This document shows positions 51,475 to 64,000 of a stretch of 64,000 bases of DNA, piece after piece. Numbering within the stretch: the stretch's first letter is position 1; each line of letters starts with the position of its first letter. The notes below the pieces were generated by a model. The model ran no database searches. It had not been told where the DNA came from and saw only the letters and a program-made list of their open reading frames with translations. A program made the position numbers and the translations under genes. This DNA comes from Tubiluchus corallicola (Eukaryota > Animalia > Priapulida), in the NCBI GenBank assembly GCA_030141605.1, contig JAQGDQ010000904.1:1-64000 (forward strand), read 5' to 3'.

Positions 51475-53741
51475 TTAAGAAATTTGACCACAATCTGCAA
51501 TCACGATCCTCGCTTTGGTTTTTCCACTCTCTGAGCCATAATCTTCAATGACTCTCACTACATCCATGCCATCAATGACCTTGCCAAATACAACATGTTT
51601 ACCATCTAGCCTGTAAAAAGCAAACTGTTATACTAAATGTTAATAGTATGAGCATCAAAGCTCACAACACTTCAAACATATGATCTTTGGCTTCCTACCA
51701 ATTACATTTACCTCCATATGGTAATCATGCATACACTGAAGCATATTACCACTGCATGTGCTAATTGTTGTAGCACCAATTACTTAAAAATAAACCTAAC
51801 TTTGATATAGTCATTTGTATGCTGGAGGAAAAACAACTTAACTAGGTAAGGTTTCCAGAAATAACAGACGAATCTGGAACAGTCAAATTAAAATTGGAAA
51901 CACATGGAAACAAAAATATATTTTTATGCAAAATTAGTATACATGAAAAGGGTTGATTAATTTATTAATTCACAAATAGAAGAACTACAGAATTCACTAT
52001 GTCCTTGAAAAGTCTTTGTAGTTGCAATCTGCCAGAAGTTTATGCACAAAGATAAAAACTCTATCATAGAGATTAATTACACAGACGCACCAATTAGTTT
52101 TCTCAGTGCAGATGAAAAACTGGGAGCCGTTCGTGTTTGGACCTGCATTAGCCATTGAAAGTGTACCTGAAATACAAATAAGTTTAGCTCATGAAATTAA
52201 ACAAGTATTAACCATACATGCATTTCCCATGTATCAACATGTATGAACTACAGTGAAGACAATCACTAAGTTATTAAAGTAATTTAAATTTAGTGACTAT
52301 ATTTTCATTCATGAAGCAGTAAAAATTGAAAAACAACTATTCAAGTACAACACACACATAAAACACACTAGGTCTGTTGGAATCCAACTAGTCAAAATGG
52401 ACAAAATGAAGTTCCTAAGAATATGTGCTGACAAACCCAGGCCAGACCAATTCTAGAATTTCTTGACACAAATAACGCTACCTTTCCTACGCATAGCTTG
52501 AATTTCAAGTTTTCTACACATAATTAGTTTATAATTTTCAAGTCCAACTCACCTGGTCCTTCATGCTTGAGGGTAAAATTTTCATCTGCAAATTTAGCTC
52601 CATAGATACTCTTTCCACCAGTACCATTATGGTTAGTAAAGTCGCCACCTTGACACATGAATTTTGGTATCACTCGATGAAAGATACTGTTCTTGAAACC
52701 AAACCCCTTTTCAGAAGTACACAATTGCCTAAAGTTTTCTGGAAAATGTTTAAACATTAATTGAAACCTCCTGAAAATACCAACAAACAGAGTGTCTACA
52801 TAAACAGCAAAATAAGACGGAAATTGTAATATTCAAAATATTTAATTCAATATCTATAAAGGGACTCCTGTTATGGGTGTCAAAACAGTAATTGTTATAT
52901 ACTTTGCATATACTACATGTTCCATCTCAGCCTATCATTTATGTTCTATTGTTCATTTAAGCGTAGTTAACTTACATTACTGTTGCAGAAAATCTTTGAG
53001 ACATCAGCTGGATGTAACTCTGCCCCCTTTCCCTAGGTCTAAGGGGTCTAAGTCTTGTTGAAGCTTATAGCACTATGTCCATGAATTTTGAAGTTCTAGG
53101 AAACATATTTAGCATTCATAGTGAACAGATTTTAGATGTAAGCTATGAGTGGTGGGCTTTAGTTACGTAAAATTATCTAAAATTAATTGTGTGGACATAT
53201 TGCAACTTGTAAGTCACAATTTTTGGCTTTATTAAAATTTCTGACAGCTTTCACTATTTAACTGTAAAAGAACAGATGGCCTGCCTACGCCGAAAGAGCT
53301 AAAATTACCAATGATAAATACTATCTTCATCCAATTTAGTTTACCCCTACAGATAAAGATGCGTTCCAAAATTTTAGGCTAGTTAGCTAATTATCTAAAA
53401 AGCGAGGAAGAATGATGCTTAACCCTCCCGGTTCAAAGCTGTACCATTTCGTTTGCTGCGAGGTGATGATCAATGAGCAATGATCTTTGGTGGGCTATTT
53501 CTTATAGGCCTAAGCCGAAATAATATGCGCTGTTAATCACGCATGAGGCAGCAAATTGAAGTTGTTTGCAAGTAGCACATAAAGCTGATTTGCTAGTTTT
53601 GCAAATTAGCAAGCTAAAAAGCCCATCAGGGGTATCCATCTGTCTGTCTGCCTATTTATCTGTTTGTTTTTCTCTCTCCCTCTTTCTCTCACATGCACAC
53701 ACATACACACACACACACACGCACGCACGCACACACACACG

Positions 53742-53794
<53 letters not shown>

Positions 53795-54890
53795 TCACTC
53801 ACTCACTACATGACTACAACTGAATAAAATCGGACTCGCCGTTCTTATAAGCCGGTACCACATGCAATCTAGCGTTTCAGATTGGCCAGGCTACTGGACT
53901 GAAAAAAAGCCTAACAAGTATCGTTATGGAGATTGGCCTGTAGGCGGCGAAAATCAGTTATCCTTGAACCTACATACAGCCTTTGTTACAACACCTGCAA
54001 AGCCTCTCCCTATCACTAACCGTGCAGCCATTACAACATGTTTACTATAGCATCCCCGAGCCTTTACAGTACAGAGTAAAGTATATGAGGGCTATAATCA
54101 ATAATTCCTTGCAGTTGCTGATGCGGACACATACAACGAACTGAGCTACAGCAGCAGAGAAAATCATTCAATGCCAATACCAACAACATATAAGCATGGA
54201 TGTCTAATTACAAAATGACGTCCGACCATGTTGATAAATTTTATTTAAACGGTCTGGCTACAGAGATACATACATTGCATAGCCTAAGCATTGGGCTTTA
54301 ATTCTCACACATAGCTGTTCAAAGACGTGTAATATTTGATTTGAAAGCAAGCATTCAAACGCAATTTTAAGATTACATATTTAAGCAGTGTGAATTTCAT
54401 ATTAGCTATGATGGAGTGCAACACAATGTCAACATAAATTGGTCTTACCTGCTGTTTTAGGAACGACATCAGCTCTCAGCTTAAAAAGAAAAAGTCTAAA
54501 TTAAAATCAGATAGCGCAATGAAGTATCGTTTTTCTGTTAACGAAGATCCTCAAGAACTTGAGACCTTACATGTTGCGGGTAATAATTAAAACAATTTAC
54601 TATTTGTTAATTACTTTAGCAGATGTCTTGTATAGAGCTATCATTATAAACAGACCTAACAGGCAATTAAATGTATAGTGCTATGCGCATTATTATGTGT
54701 CACATCATATTACATGGTTGCGTTAAAAGATAACAGCAAATATCAAAATAATTATATAAGTACTGTATAAAACTCTTCTTGGTGTATGTTATAAAACATC
54801 TCTCACCTGCATAGTTATTCTTCCAACAGCTTTCTTTGTCTCCCCTTCCTCTACCGCCATATCAAAGTAAACCATTGGATTTGCAGCCAT
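51475..54890 (-). CDS. Cyclophilin A-type peptidyl-prolyl cis-trans isomerase, copy 1, 170 aa
   Basis: Exons 54807-54890, 54449-54479, 52553-52738, 52091-52166, 51475-51610 (513 nt): [170 protein letters not shown]. Minus-strand AATAAA at ~51019-51024. Confidence 0.96.
53640..53808. repeat. (TCTG)/(CT)/(CA)/(CACT)n microsatellite
   Basis: Directly visible in cyclophilin copy-1 intron 2. Confidence 0.9.
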
Positions 54891-54984
54891 ATTGTTGGAA
54901 AAAAACCTTTTAGTAGGCAAATAATTTCACAAAAATCCTAATTTTTAAGATACGATTACGCCGGCCGGTAGCAGCTACGTAGTG

Positions 54985-55040
54985 GCAAAGTTTTTGTGCT
55001 AGCAACAACGGAAGAGCAGATGTATGACGTGACGTCACAC
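54985..55040 (-). promoter_or_regulatory. Probable core promoter of cyclophilin copy 1
   Basis: CRE palindrome TGACGTCA (~55030-55037), ETS-type CGGAAG and minus-strand pyrimidine initiator-like ctcttccg; the block is partly conserved upstream of copy 2 (62235-62286). Confidence 0.5.
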
Positions 55041-56973
55041 CCTCATCCGCTGGATCGATGAAACGTCGAGATCAGCTCACGCGTTCGACCGCTTCCAGCG
55101 CTGCAAGCCAACCACCACTTGAAAAATTAACTATTCATAAATTAGAGTTTTACTTTAAAACTTGTTAATGCCATGAGCTAAGCACTAAGAAAATTTTGGA
55201 AGGACGTACTTTTTATATTGACTTTAACTGATGTCTACTGATTTGTCTAGTGATTTCTTACACTGACAATGTTTTTTTGCTTTGGTAATACCTTATATTA
55301 TTACTTTTTCACGCTATGAAAAGAAATAATTATTTTCACGTTCATAAGAATAACAATATGCAAATTATAAATTATGTAATTCAAACAGTCTAAACCTGAC
55401 ACCGGGTGTTTCAAAAGTCCCTCGTTAAATTTATTAAAATAATTACAAACGGAAACAAAATTACAATTTTTTTATTGCGTGTGCAATTCAAAAGAGTTTT
55501 GGTGGCATTAAACTTGGCTTCGTAAGTCTTAATTATGGCTACTTTACCACGCTTTTTTCTATCGCCGTGCAGCAATCTTGTGCTTCTCTGTTCAAAACAT
55601 GGTAGAAAAATAACAGGCTGTTGTTGGATGGCAGGCAGTGACCTGTTTGAGGATTTTGTTCCTTGGTGTAATCTATAGTACACAGTCGTAGGCTTAACCC
55701 TCGTGTTGATCGTGACTTTATAATTTTTCTTTACGTTCACTTCTCTACAATGCATATATTTTGTGCCTAATAAACAATAAATAAATACCAAAAATAAATA
55801 AATAGAAAACGGTACAAAACTTGATCTAATGTAGCCTAAAGGAAACTCTCAACTACTGTGTTTGCCACAAGATGAGCGTCATAGATTAATACAATAATAC
55901 AATAAATTGAGTCACATCAATGAGGCACTTCATAACAAAATGGCGGCTTGTCGTGCGCAACCGTTTTTTATAAACAAGAGCAAGAAATTGTTGTGGAATA
56001 TGAATAAATGCAGCGGTGTGAAAAATGATTGTAATAATATAATAGTAACTATTTCTTGCCAATGACTTCCATTCCACTTGATCCATTTTTCTGTGCACTA
56101 GGCTTTTCTGTGCACAAGTACAATAAACTCTTGGTTTGTGCTATGTAGACAATATTTAGTGCCAAAAAAGTGATTATTTAATAATTTAACACTTTATTCT
56201 TAAAATCTAATCATTTATAACCACCTAACAAACAACGAGATTACAATTGGAAAAAAGCTGAATAAGATAACGCAGATTTATGAAATTAAAAATTTTATTC
56301 AGAGTTAAAATCATGCCGGAATATATAAGGTATCTAGCCGAGTTATATAATTATATAATAGCCCATACTGATATTATTGCGTGTGACACGCTTATGTAAC
56401 ACCACGTGGAAAGTGCGAGCACCGTCGACTGTTGTTGGTTTTATCCACAAGAATAGTGATTAAAAGCACACTTACGATTGATTTTTTTTAATTAAATATT
56501 ATTATTTGTTATAGTTTATATTTTCTTGTGGAAGATGAGCTTTAGTCAAGCTCAAAGGAGAACAGCATAGGTAAGTAATTATAAAATTATAGTACGTGTG
56601 CTTTCAGCCATTATTGTCACCAACCCAAATATAGTCAATGGCCTGTAACTTTATTATTAATTGTTTAGAAAAAACACTAAAACAACTTTCACACGCTCAA
56701 TAAAGTTTTAAAAGACGTTCACGCATGGGAAAGAAACTCATGCTGCCTTTAGCATGCAGGCCTATTACAGATAGAGATAGTTTTATGATCTTGCTTTTGT
56801 TGTTAAGATTTAGGTGCATCTCAATGCAACAATTGTGGCGGGGATTCAGAGAAATACAGGCCTAATATTGAAAAATCCGCACTTATTTCTATTGAGAAAC
56901 AAAGAAAAAAGAATTAAATATTGATGACACTGCCAGTATATTCTCCTGCAATTATTAGAATCTACATAAATTT

Positions 56974-59900
56974 TTAAGAAATTTGTCCACAGTCTGCAAT
57001 CGTGATCTTTTTCGTAGTTTTCCCGCTAGGTGTACCAAAACCTTCAATGGTTTTAACTACATCCATGCCATCAGTGACTTTACCAAATACGACGTGTTTA
57101 CCATCTAGCCTACAAAAATAATTAGCACAATATCGAATTAATTACGAGAATTACTCCATTCCTTGCGGCGATTCGGGTATTAAATTAGTTTACACTGTCT
57201 TGAAAGATGGCTAGTCTACATGACGACGATAACAATGATGGTGATGATTGCGGAGACGATAATGATCACGACGATGATAATGGCGATGGTAATACATGTA
57301 TACATATATGTTCCAATTATATAAGATTCAATTATTGTTCTATATACACATACAGATATATATACAATTATATAGAACAATAATTGAATCTTATCTACAT
57401 AACAAAATATTCACATAATGAATCCCTTTAATCAATACTGGGCCATAATAAGTTTTGCAAAATGCCAACCAAAAACACCAAAAAGAAATTACTACATGTA
57501 ACTACTAAAAGTGCCATCAAAGAGAACTTTTAGGCACTAAATCAACAGTAGTTAAGATGACTAAATAACAAGAAAACCAGTAAAGTTAGTATCCTGAAAA
57601 CTTTAACAGTCCAACTTGATCGCTCTTTTGACACACAACATTAGGGCAGCCTCGAAAAATCACGTGTTAGATCGTTGAACGCGAAGTTCAAAATGCCGAA
57701 TTTAGAAATTGCTAATTTTTGTGTTTCTTCGCCTATGTCCAACAATAGTAAGCTTACTGAAGATTCCTACTACCGAAAAATTGTCCCCTAACACTGACGT
57801 CCTGATGTTCTTGTAGGCCGTTAATTAAGTTCTCAAGCTGATATTTACTAAAAGAAACATTTCAGTGATTATTATAGAAATAAAACGTATCTTTAGGTCA
57901 TAGGCGAAATTGAACCAGGCCTAGAGCCAGAAAATATGTTTTGTTTTCCTTTAATTTGACTCTCATTTTAGTGCCGCAAGGATCCTCTATCGTTCTGTTA
58001 TACAGCTGCTCATTTGAAATACATGTGCAAATAATATAGCCATTTTCTTTTTAAGATTTGGCTGATTTTCTTAAGCAGACCTCTGTGGAACACATTTATA
58101 TCTATTTGCTGAGTTGTAGTCAAGCCACATTTCACTGTTGTACATGAAAAAGCTGATAAAGCTAAATAATTTTGCTATATTTACAAGTGCATAAAAAGGG
58201 GGTTAGTGCAGATTTCGGAAAACCGTTACAATGAACTTTTTTTCAAAGGCGAACATGTCTGACTCAGACATTCTACAGTTCAACCAAGAGATAACTCATA
58301 AAGACAAAAACTATATTTTCATTAAAACACTATCATAATTAAGCAGTTTTACCAGTCAGTTTTTACGCTGCAAATGAAAAACTGGGAGCCGTTTGTGTTT
58401 GGACCTGCATTAGCCATTGAAAGTATGCCTGCAAAACAAAGGAAGTTTAGCTTGCCAATGTGTTACCAGGTAATATGTTACAAATTATACAAAGGCATCT
58501 ACTTTCAATATACTAGTCTAAATCGGAAATGTTTAATAAATAATTTACTTGCATTTTCATACAAAAAATGTAAAACAAGAAAAGGAAATTGCGCTGTTTC
58601 CAAGCCATTTTTTCTTTAACAATAATGCCGATTTTCATACTTATACTGATTAATTACATTCCCAGTAACTTGAACATCAACGGAACAGCGACTTTTAGAA
58701 AACGTTAACATTTTTCGTAAACCATGCGGCTTTAAAGGACAAGGAAAGGGGTACCTGAAATAGGTTTCAGAAAAATCGCCTTAAAAATTATGTTACTTTA
58801 CAGCAGTTTTATGCGTATATAGTACTCGTGTTGAAAGGAATTTTTCTTTGTTTTCATTTTAAATCTCCGCAATATTGTTCCTACGGCGCCATTACATGAC
58901 GTCACTACACAAACGTAAATAAGGATAAAAAAAGGCAATGTTTCAAATGCTCCAAGGGTTATGTCCCAAAAAACTTTCTGTGCAAATCTATATTACTTAG
59001 CATTTCGCTTACCTGATGGAAAGACTTATCAAACATTCTACCATAAAAATGGCTGCGCCTAACGGTGATCGCGGGAGTTTAAATTTACACGTTTTATACA
59101 GCGTTACGCTGATGCAAGCTTTGCACGAACAAATGTAGTATCTAAGTGGTATAAAATTTCGAGACGAATTTTTTATGTTTGGTGTAAGTGGAGGGTTTTC
59201 TTGTGCTTTAAATATTTTAGTAGGTTTCTCAGTTCTGCATGTTTACAGGAAATCCTACTAGTTTAGATGGGGAACAGACTTCACCAAAGTCTGTTTCTCT
59301 ACTACACATTGTCAGAAAAAATTAAGCGCTGCATCGGATCAGCCGACGATGCATGGCAAGGTACGAAGTCTATGCATGACGTCGAGAAGGCTTCACGAAG
59401 TTATGACTGTGTTATCTCGGCAGGTGTATGAAATGTGTTTTCGTTGGAGAATTCAATTGTTTATTTGAAATCTAATTGAGTCGTTGCGTTTTATTGCTAC
59501 TATGACAGCAGAGCCGAATTGCAATTTTCCATATCTTCGCAAGTATGGTAAGCTATCCGCATAAATTTTAACTGAAAGATTTAACTAAAGGCTAGCATTA
59601 AAAAGAAGAAGCATTTTGATAATTATGACTTAAATTAATTATGACGTAAACCACTGACTTAAAAAACCATTGACAAAGAGTTAAATTTTCCTTTATATAT
59701 ACCTGGCTCTTCATGTTTGAGCGTAAAATTTTCATCTGCAAATGTAGCTCCATATATGCTCTTTCCGCCAGTACCATTATTATTAGTAAAGTCACCACCT
59801 TGACACATGAATTTTGGTATTACTCGATGAAATGTGCTGCTCTTGAAACCAAACCCGTTTTCGTAAGTACACAATTGCCTAAAATTCTCTGAAAATTTTT

Positions 59901-60338
59901 TAAACTTGTGTTACTGCTGCAAGCTTCGAAAGATCTTCTGGAAACTGAACAAAATTAGAACGGGAGCATTAATAGGTCCTATGTGCTAGGGTCCGGCACA
60001 CCCTACTTGTCATTTCTTTCAAAGTTAAAGGCTTCCATAATTAAATCATGAGAAGCGTTTAATGTTGCCATACATCTGTATTTTGTTGTAAAAATTGATT
60101 ACGCAATGTCAGGGCTCTGTTACTATCCGTGCAATGACCAACGGTATCTCCACGCAAAGTTTCACACTCCTACGATGAAAAGTGTGGCCTGCGACAGCCT
60201 TCAATAAATGTGCCGACAACAACACGAGAAAGCTTCAGCAACCAAAAAGTTAAAGAAAAGGAAAATTCAATCTTTCATTAGATATATTAGAAATATTGGG
60301 AAAATAAATAGTGTTAAAACAATTCTCAATAATGTGTG

Positions 60339-60382
<44 letters not shown>

Positions 60383-62113
60383 TACGTATGTATGTATGTA
60401 TGTATGAATGTATGTATGTATGTATGTATGTATGTATGTATGTATGTATGTATGTATGTATGTATGTATGTATGTATGTATGTATGTATGTATGTATGTA
60501 TGTATGTATGCATGTATGTATGTATGTATGTGTGTGTGTGTATCATGGCAGATCATATGTAAAATTATTTAGAGAATAATAATGAGAACTCATGTTAAAC
60601 ATTATAATTATATGTTACAAAAGACAAAATGTGAAAAGACATTTTACAGAGTGCCAAAAAACCAGGTAGTGTCTAACGAATATATGTATAGCGAAAAATT
60701 GTATAGACAAAGCAAATGCGTATGCTATGAATGTAATTTTCATAAGCATTTTGCATAATACCAATTTTTATTTAAGAAATGCAAGAAATAAGTAATGTTT
60801 CAACTTGTTTGCAAATAAATTTGTGTTGTTTTTTGAGGCCAAAATACGTGAAAAAAACATGAAACACAGTTTATCCTTCTAAAACAAAATCAAAAAGAAA
60901 CAAAAAATTAAGTACATGACTGAAACGGGGCCATCTAATTAGCTTGTAATCCCTAAAATACAGAGACGTAGTGGTTGAAATGTAGAGATCTAGTTGCATT
61001 ATTTAAACCACAGTAAAGAGACAAAATCGCAAAAAGCAACAAACGAGAGTGTTTATATAGCAACATTGTTCATAAATCACCCTATATAATAATATAATAG
61101 TATACGGCACGTCCCCAAGTTTATGTCATTAATGAATCGAGTGCATTGGTAGCATCTATTAGTACGTCATAATGAATTTAGTTACCACGGTAATTATTCC
61201 AGTGTCATCTATGCTATTCGTAAAAACAAAGTGAGGATATTATGGTAAGTCACTTTTGAAATCGCTTCCACCAGAGCAAAAGACCTCTCTAATGTACCAG
61301 ATCCTTCGCAAGTTTGCCATAATGTGATTTATAAAAATTACATAATAGAACAATCCCTCATCCAAGAAGTGTATGCGTTATAGATAAAATCGGTTTATTT
61401 TGTTTTCAACGCACCCGTTTATCAGATCTGCGTTATTTTCTTCCGCAGTTGGATAACGCATACTGCATTCCGGATGCCTCCATGGTAAACGTTACTTTAG
61501 AGTTTAGACTATAAATTTTAAGGGCTAGGTTATAAGTCACTATCACACTATTAAATGTTCTCAATCTTGCGACTATGTAGTTGCTTATGTTATGACCGTA
61601 TAAAGGGAACATTAACATTTAAATTAAAACCACTCCATCTTACCTGCTGTTTTAGGAACGACATCAGGCCGCAGCTAAAAGGAAACAAAGACCAATATTA
61701 ACATATGAGCATCATAAAGTCATGAAATATAAGCCCTAATTTTCTGTCGATCAACATTTCTAGAAACTGCAGGCGAGGCCTTTCTAGGCGTATAGTGACT
61801 AAGGCAGTACCGATATGCTCAAGTCTCGAGTCTTATTTGTGTGATAATTCTCATTACTTAGCTACAGTTAAACAAAGACGTTATGTACGTTAATTTAATA
61901 TTTTTAGATGATAACTGATATGAAAACAACTAATTTGCACCTCGAATCACACTATTAACTCCATTTGCAGTCTAGTAGTAGACACCTACTATATTTGTAA
62001 CTAATACATATATAGTATTTGTAAATTTCTCTCACCTCCATAGTTATTCTTCCAATGGGCACCCCGTCTGCTGTCATATCAAAATAAACCACAGGCCTTG
62101 CAGTTGCAGCCAT
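56974..62113 (-). CDS. Cyclophilin A-type peptidyl-prolyl cis-trans isomerase, copy 2, 168 aa
   Basis: Exons 62036-62113, 61644-61674, 59703-59888, 58353-58428, 56974-57109 (507 nt), same intron positions as copy 1: [168 protein letters not shown]. Confidence 0.96.
57321..57394. repeat. Perfect ~25-bp-stem AT-rich hairpin
   Basis: ataagattcaattattgttctatata ... tatatagaacaataattgaatcttat. Confidence 0.85.
60333..60541. repeat. (GT)/(GCGT)/(ATGT)n microsatellite
   Basis: Directly visible; explains four spurious ORFs. Confidence 0.95.
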
Positions 62114-62440
62114 GTGTTATACGGCAAAAAACTTTTAGTAAACTAGTAATTATATAAAAATTACTGAATTTTAGATACGATCAAGCTAGATAGATGTTCC
62201 TACCTGCATGCCTATCATGAATTTGTTAACTGTAAAAGTTGTTGTGCTAAGCAACAACGAAAGTATAAAGAAATGCGTCACATCCTTTGTGACGGCTGGG
62301 CAACGTGTAAACATGTAACACGTAAACCTGAAACTTTCAGAATAACATTATAGAGCGATTAACAAATTAAAAGTTAATTGCGCTCTTTACTCCGCCTTTT
62401 TTTCCACACGCTGTGTGGTGAAGCCTAGTTCTGCCGGATT

Positions 62441-62661
62441 TAAGTGGCGTTTATGTAGCAATTGGACGCGGATGCGTTTTGGTGGGTGCGGATAGATAAA
62501 ATCGGTTTATTTTGTTTTCAATACACCTGCTTGTGCAGCCCGCATATGCGTTATTCTTTTTCTGCAGCCATTTGCTATTGATCTTTTCTGCAGGCTATTC
62601 CGCAGACTGTTCAACGTAGGAAAACGCATCCGCATGCGCATTCTACTTAAACGTCACTTTA
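62441..62661. mobile_element. PIF/Harbinger-like MITE upstream of cyclophilin copy 2; partial relative at ~61372-61500
   Basis: Ends taagtggcgttta.gtag / ctac.taaacgtcacttta; shared core tagataaaatcggtttattttgttttcaa at 61381 and 62493; both copies end taaacgt(c/t)actttaga. Confidence 0.65.
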
Positions 62662-64000
62662 GACGCGTCATTCTTTCATCAAAATAGCGAGGCACTGAAA
62701 AGGATGTCGAAAAAGAAAGTGTACGGTTTTTGAAATTGCCAAACAGAGTGGTGGTCCCCTGAATTCCAGTGTACTTACAATTTCAAAATATTTATTTCAC
62801 AGTAGTCACTAACAATTTATATGGTTTATATGTTGGCTGATTTATAAATTTTCACCCAAGTGTCTTTTTCTGCTTATTGGTTGTGATTTTACAAACTTGT
62901 ACTAACCTGTAGGGCATCTTCTTATAAGTCGCTGTCGTAAAGTTTAAAGTAATTGTGATTTTGTGCAACGGATTTTTTGTGCCTTGTTAGCACAGGTTGC
63001 TCCAGCGCCTTTAAATTCTTACTATTTAGTTGTGCATTACTACTTTGTTAAGCACAAATAAAATTCATTCATTCATTCTTAGAATAAGTTTTGCCCTAAA
63101 AAGTCATTTCTACGTTAAGTTCTGACTCTGCGTTGACAACAAGCTCCGCATGCAAGAAGTCCGCTTACAAAATGACTGACTGGCACATTAAGCAAATAGT
63201 ATAGCTCCTCATTCGCTCCACCTCCAAGATGCCAAATTAGAAATGATTCATGATATATGCTGATAATAGGTCCACATGGCCAAGTTCTAAAGCTCTAATT
63301 AAACTAGAGAAGCTACTTAAGTGATCTAGTTCCAACTTTGCTCCGCCTCTGAGATACCAAAGTGTTTTCCATATCAAATTATTATGCTAAATATAAAACA
63401 TGTAACGTAATAATGAAATACACACAACATTATAACTATTATTATAATTCTTTATTTTTATATAAACGATTTACAGTATAGATTCCCTCTATTTGCAGGA
63501 ATATGTTTTAAAATTGCTAAAAGCATTTACAATCATTAAACATATTAACATAAAGATAATTTTAGAGTCTAACACATTACACACAATGAAAGACAACGAT
63601 CGTATACAATAAACATAATTTGTAATTATAACACATCATAACATACATACACAATCAAAAATAACGAGCATATATATCATTATATAATATACAACATCAG
63701 TAACTAGATAATAAGTAAAACTGATAACGATTTGAAATAAAGATGAAGAAAATACCCATGCGTATATTTTCTCTGATTCACAATAGACTCTGAATCACAT
63801 TCTGCAAAACCGTACCTAAAGCAAAGTATGCGGCCTATATGTTATCTCGAGTCGTGTTAAAGTAAAACACCCCTATTAACTTAAAATGTACTAATCTTAC
63901 TTGAATGGAATTCGAAAATTCCGCGTTCTGATTGCCCCAAAGTTTGAATATCCACCTGTTTTCACCTGCAAAGTCTGTTTCCTTGAGTTCACTGGTTGCT

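Noticed and set aside
53462-53520. Intronic C/D snoRNA (gtgatga)
   Set aside because: On the strand opposite the host cyclophilin, with no D box or terminal stem.
3204-62113. Functional stress/immunity gene cluster (GST, renalase, lectin, GPCR, cyclophilins)
   Set aside because: Neighbourhood alone does not show co-function in animal genomes; no shared regulatory signal seen. Would need synteny and co-expression data.

Overview
AT-rich animal genomic DNA with GT-AG introns; the gene and repeat content suggests an invertebrate, possibly a lophotrochozoan (inference). I assembled six protein-coding genes exon by exon by hand: (1) a sigma-class glutathione S-transferase (-, four coding exons, last exon not found in the window); (2) a complete 7-exon renalase (-); (3) a complete 5-exon secreted, very acidic coiled-coil plus C-type lectin gene (+) nested antisense inside renalase intron 3; (4) a single-coding-exon rhodopsin-like peptide GPCR (+); (5, 6) two complete tandem cyclophilin A-type paralogs (-). 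Introns and intergenic DNA hold many transposon derivatives (pogo/Tigger-like, hAT, PIF/Harbinger-like MITEs, Tc1 and Academ-like relics, CR1/L2 3' ends, tRNA- and 5S-derived SINE heads, foldback elements) and microsatellites. The most unusual structure is a recent complex rearrangement at 45846-47643: a 488-bp direct duplication brackets an 811-bp copy of the cyclophilin 3' end, and one junction carries a 14-nt filler identical to the neighbouring GPCR coding sequence, a serial template-switching signature. I did not find evidence for a new multi-gene biological system. All calls are by eye, with no database searches.
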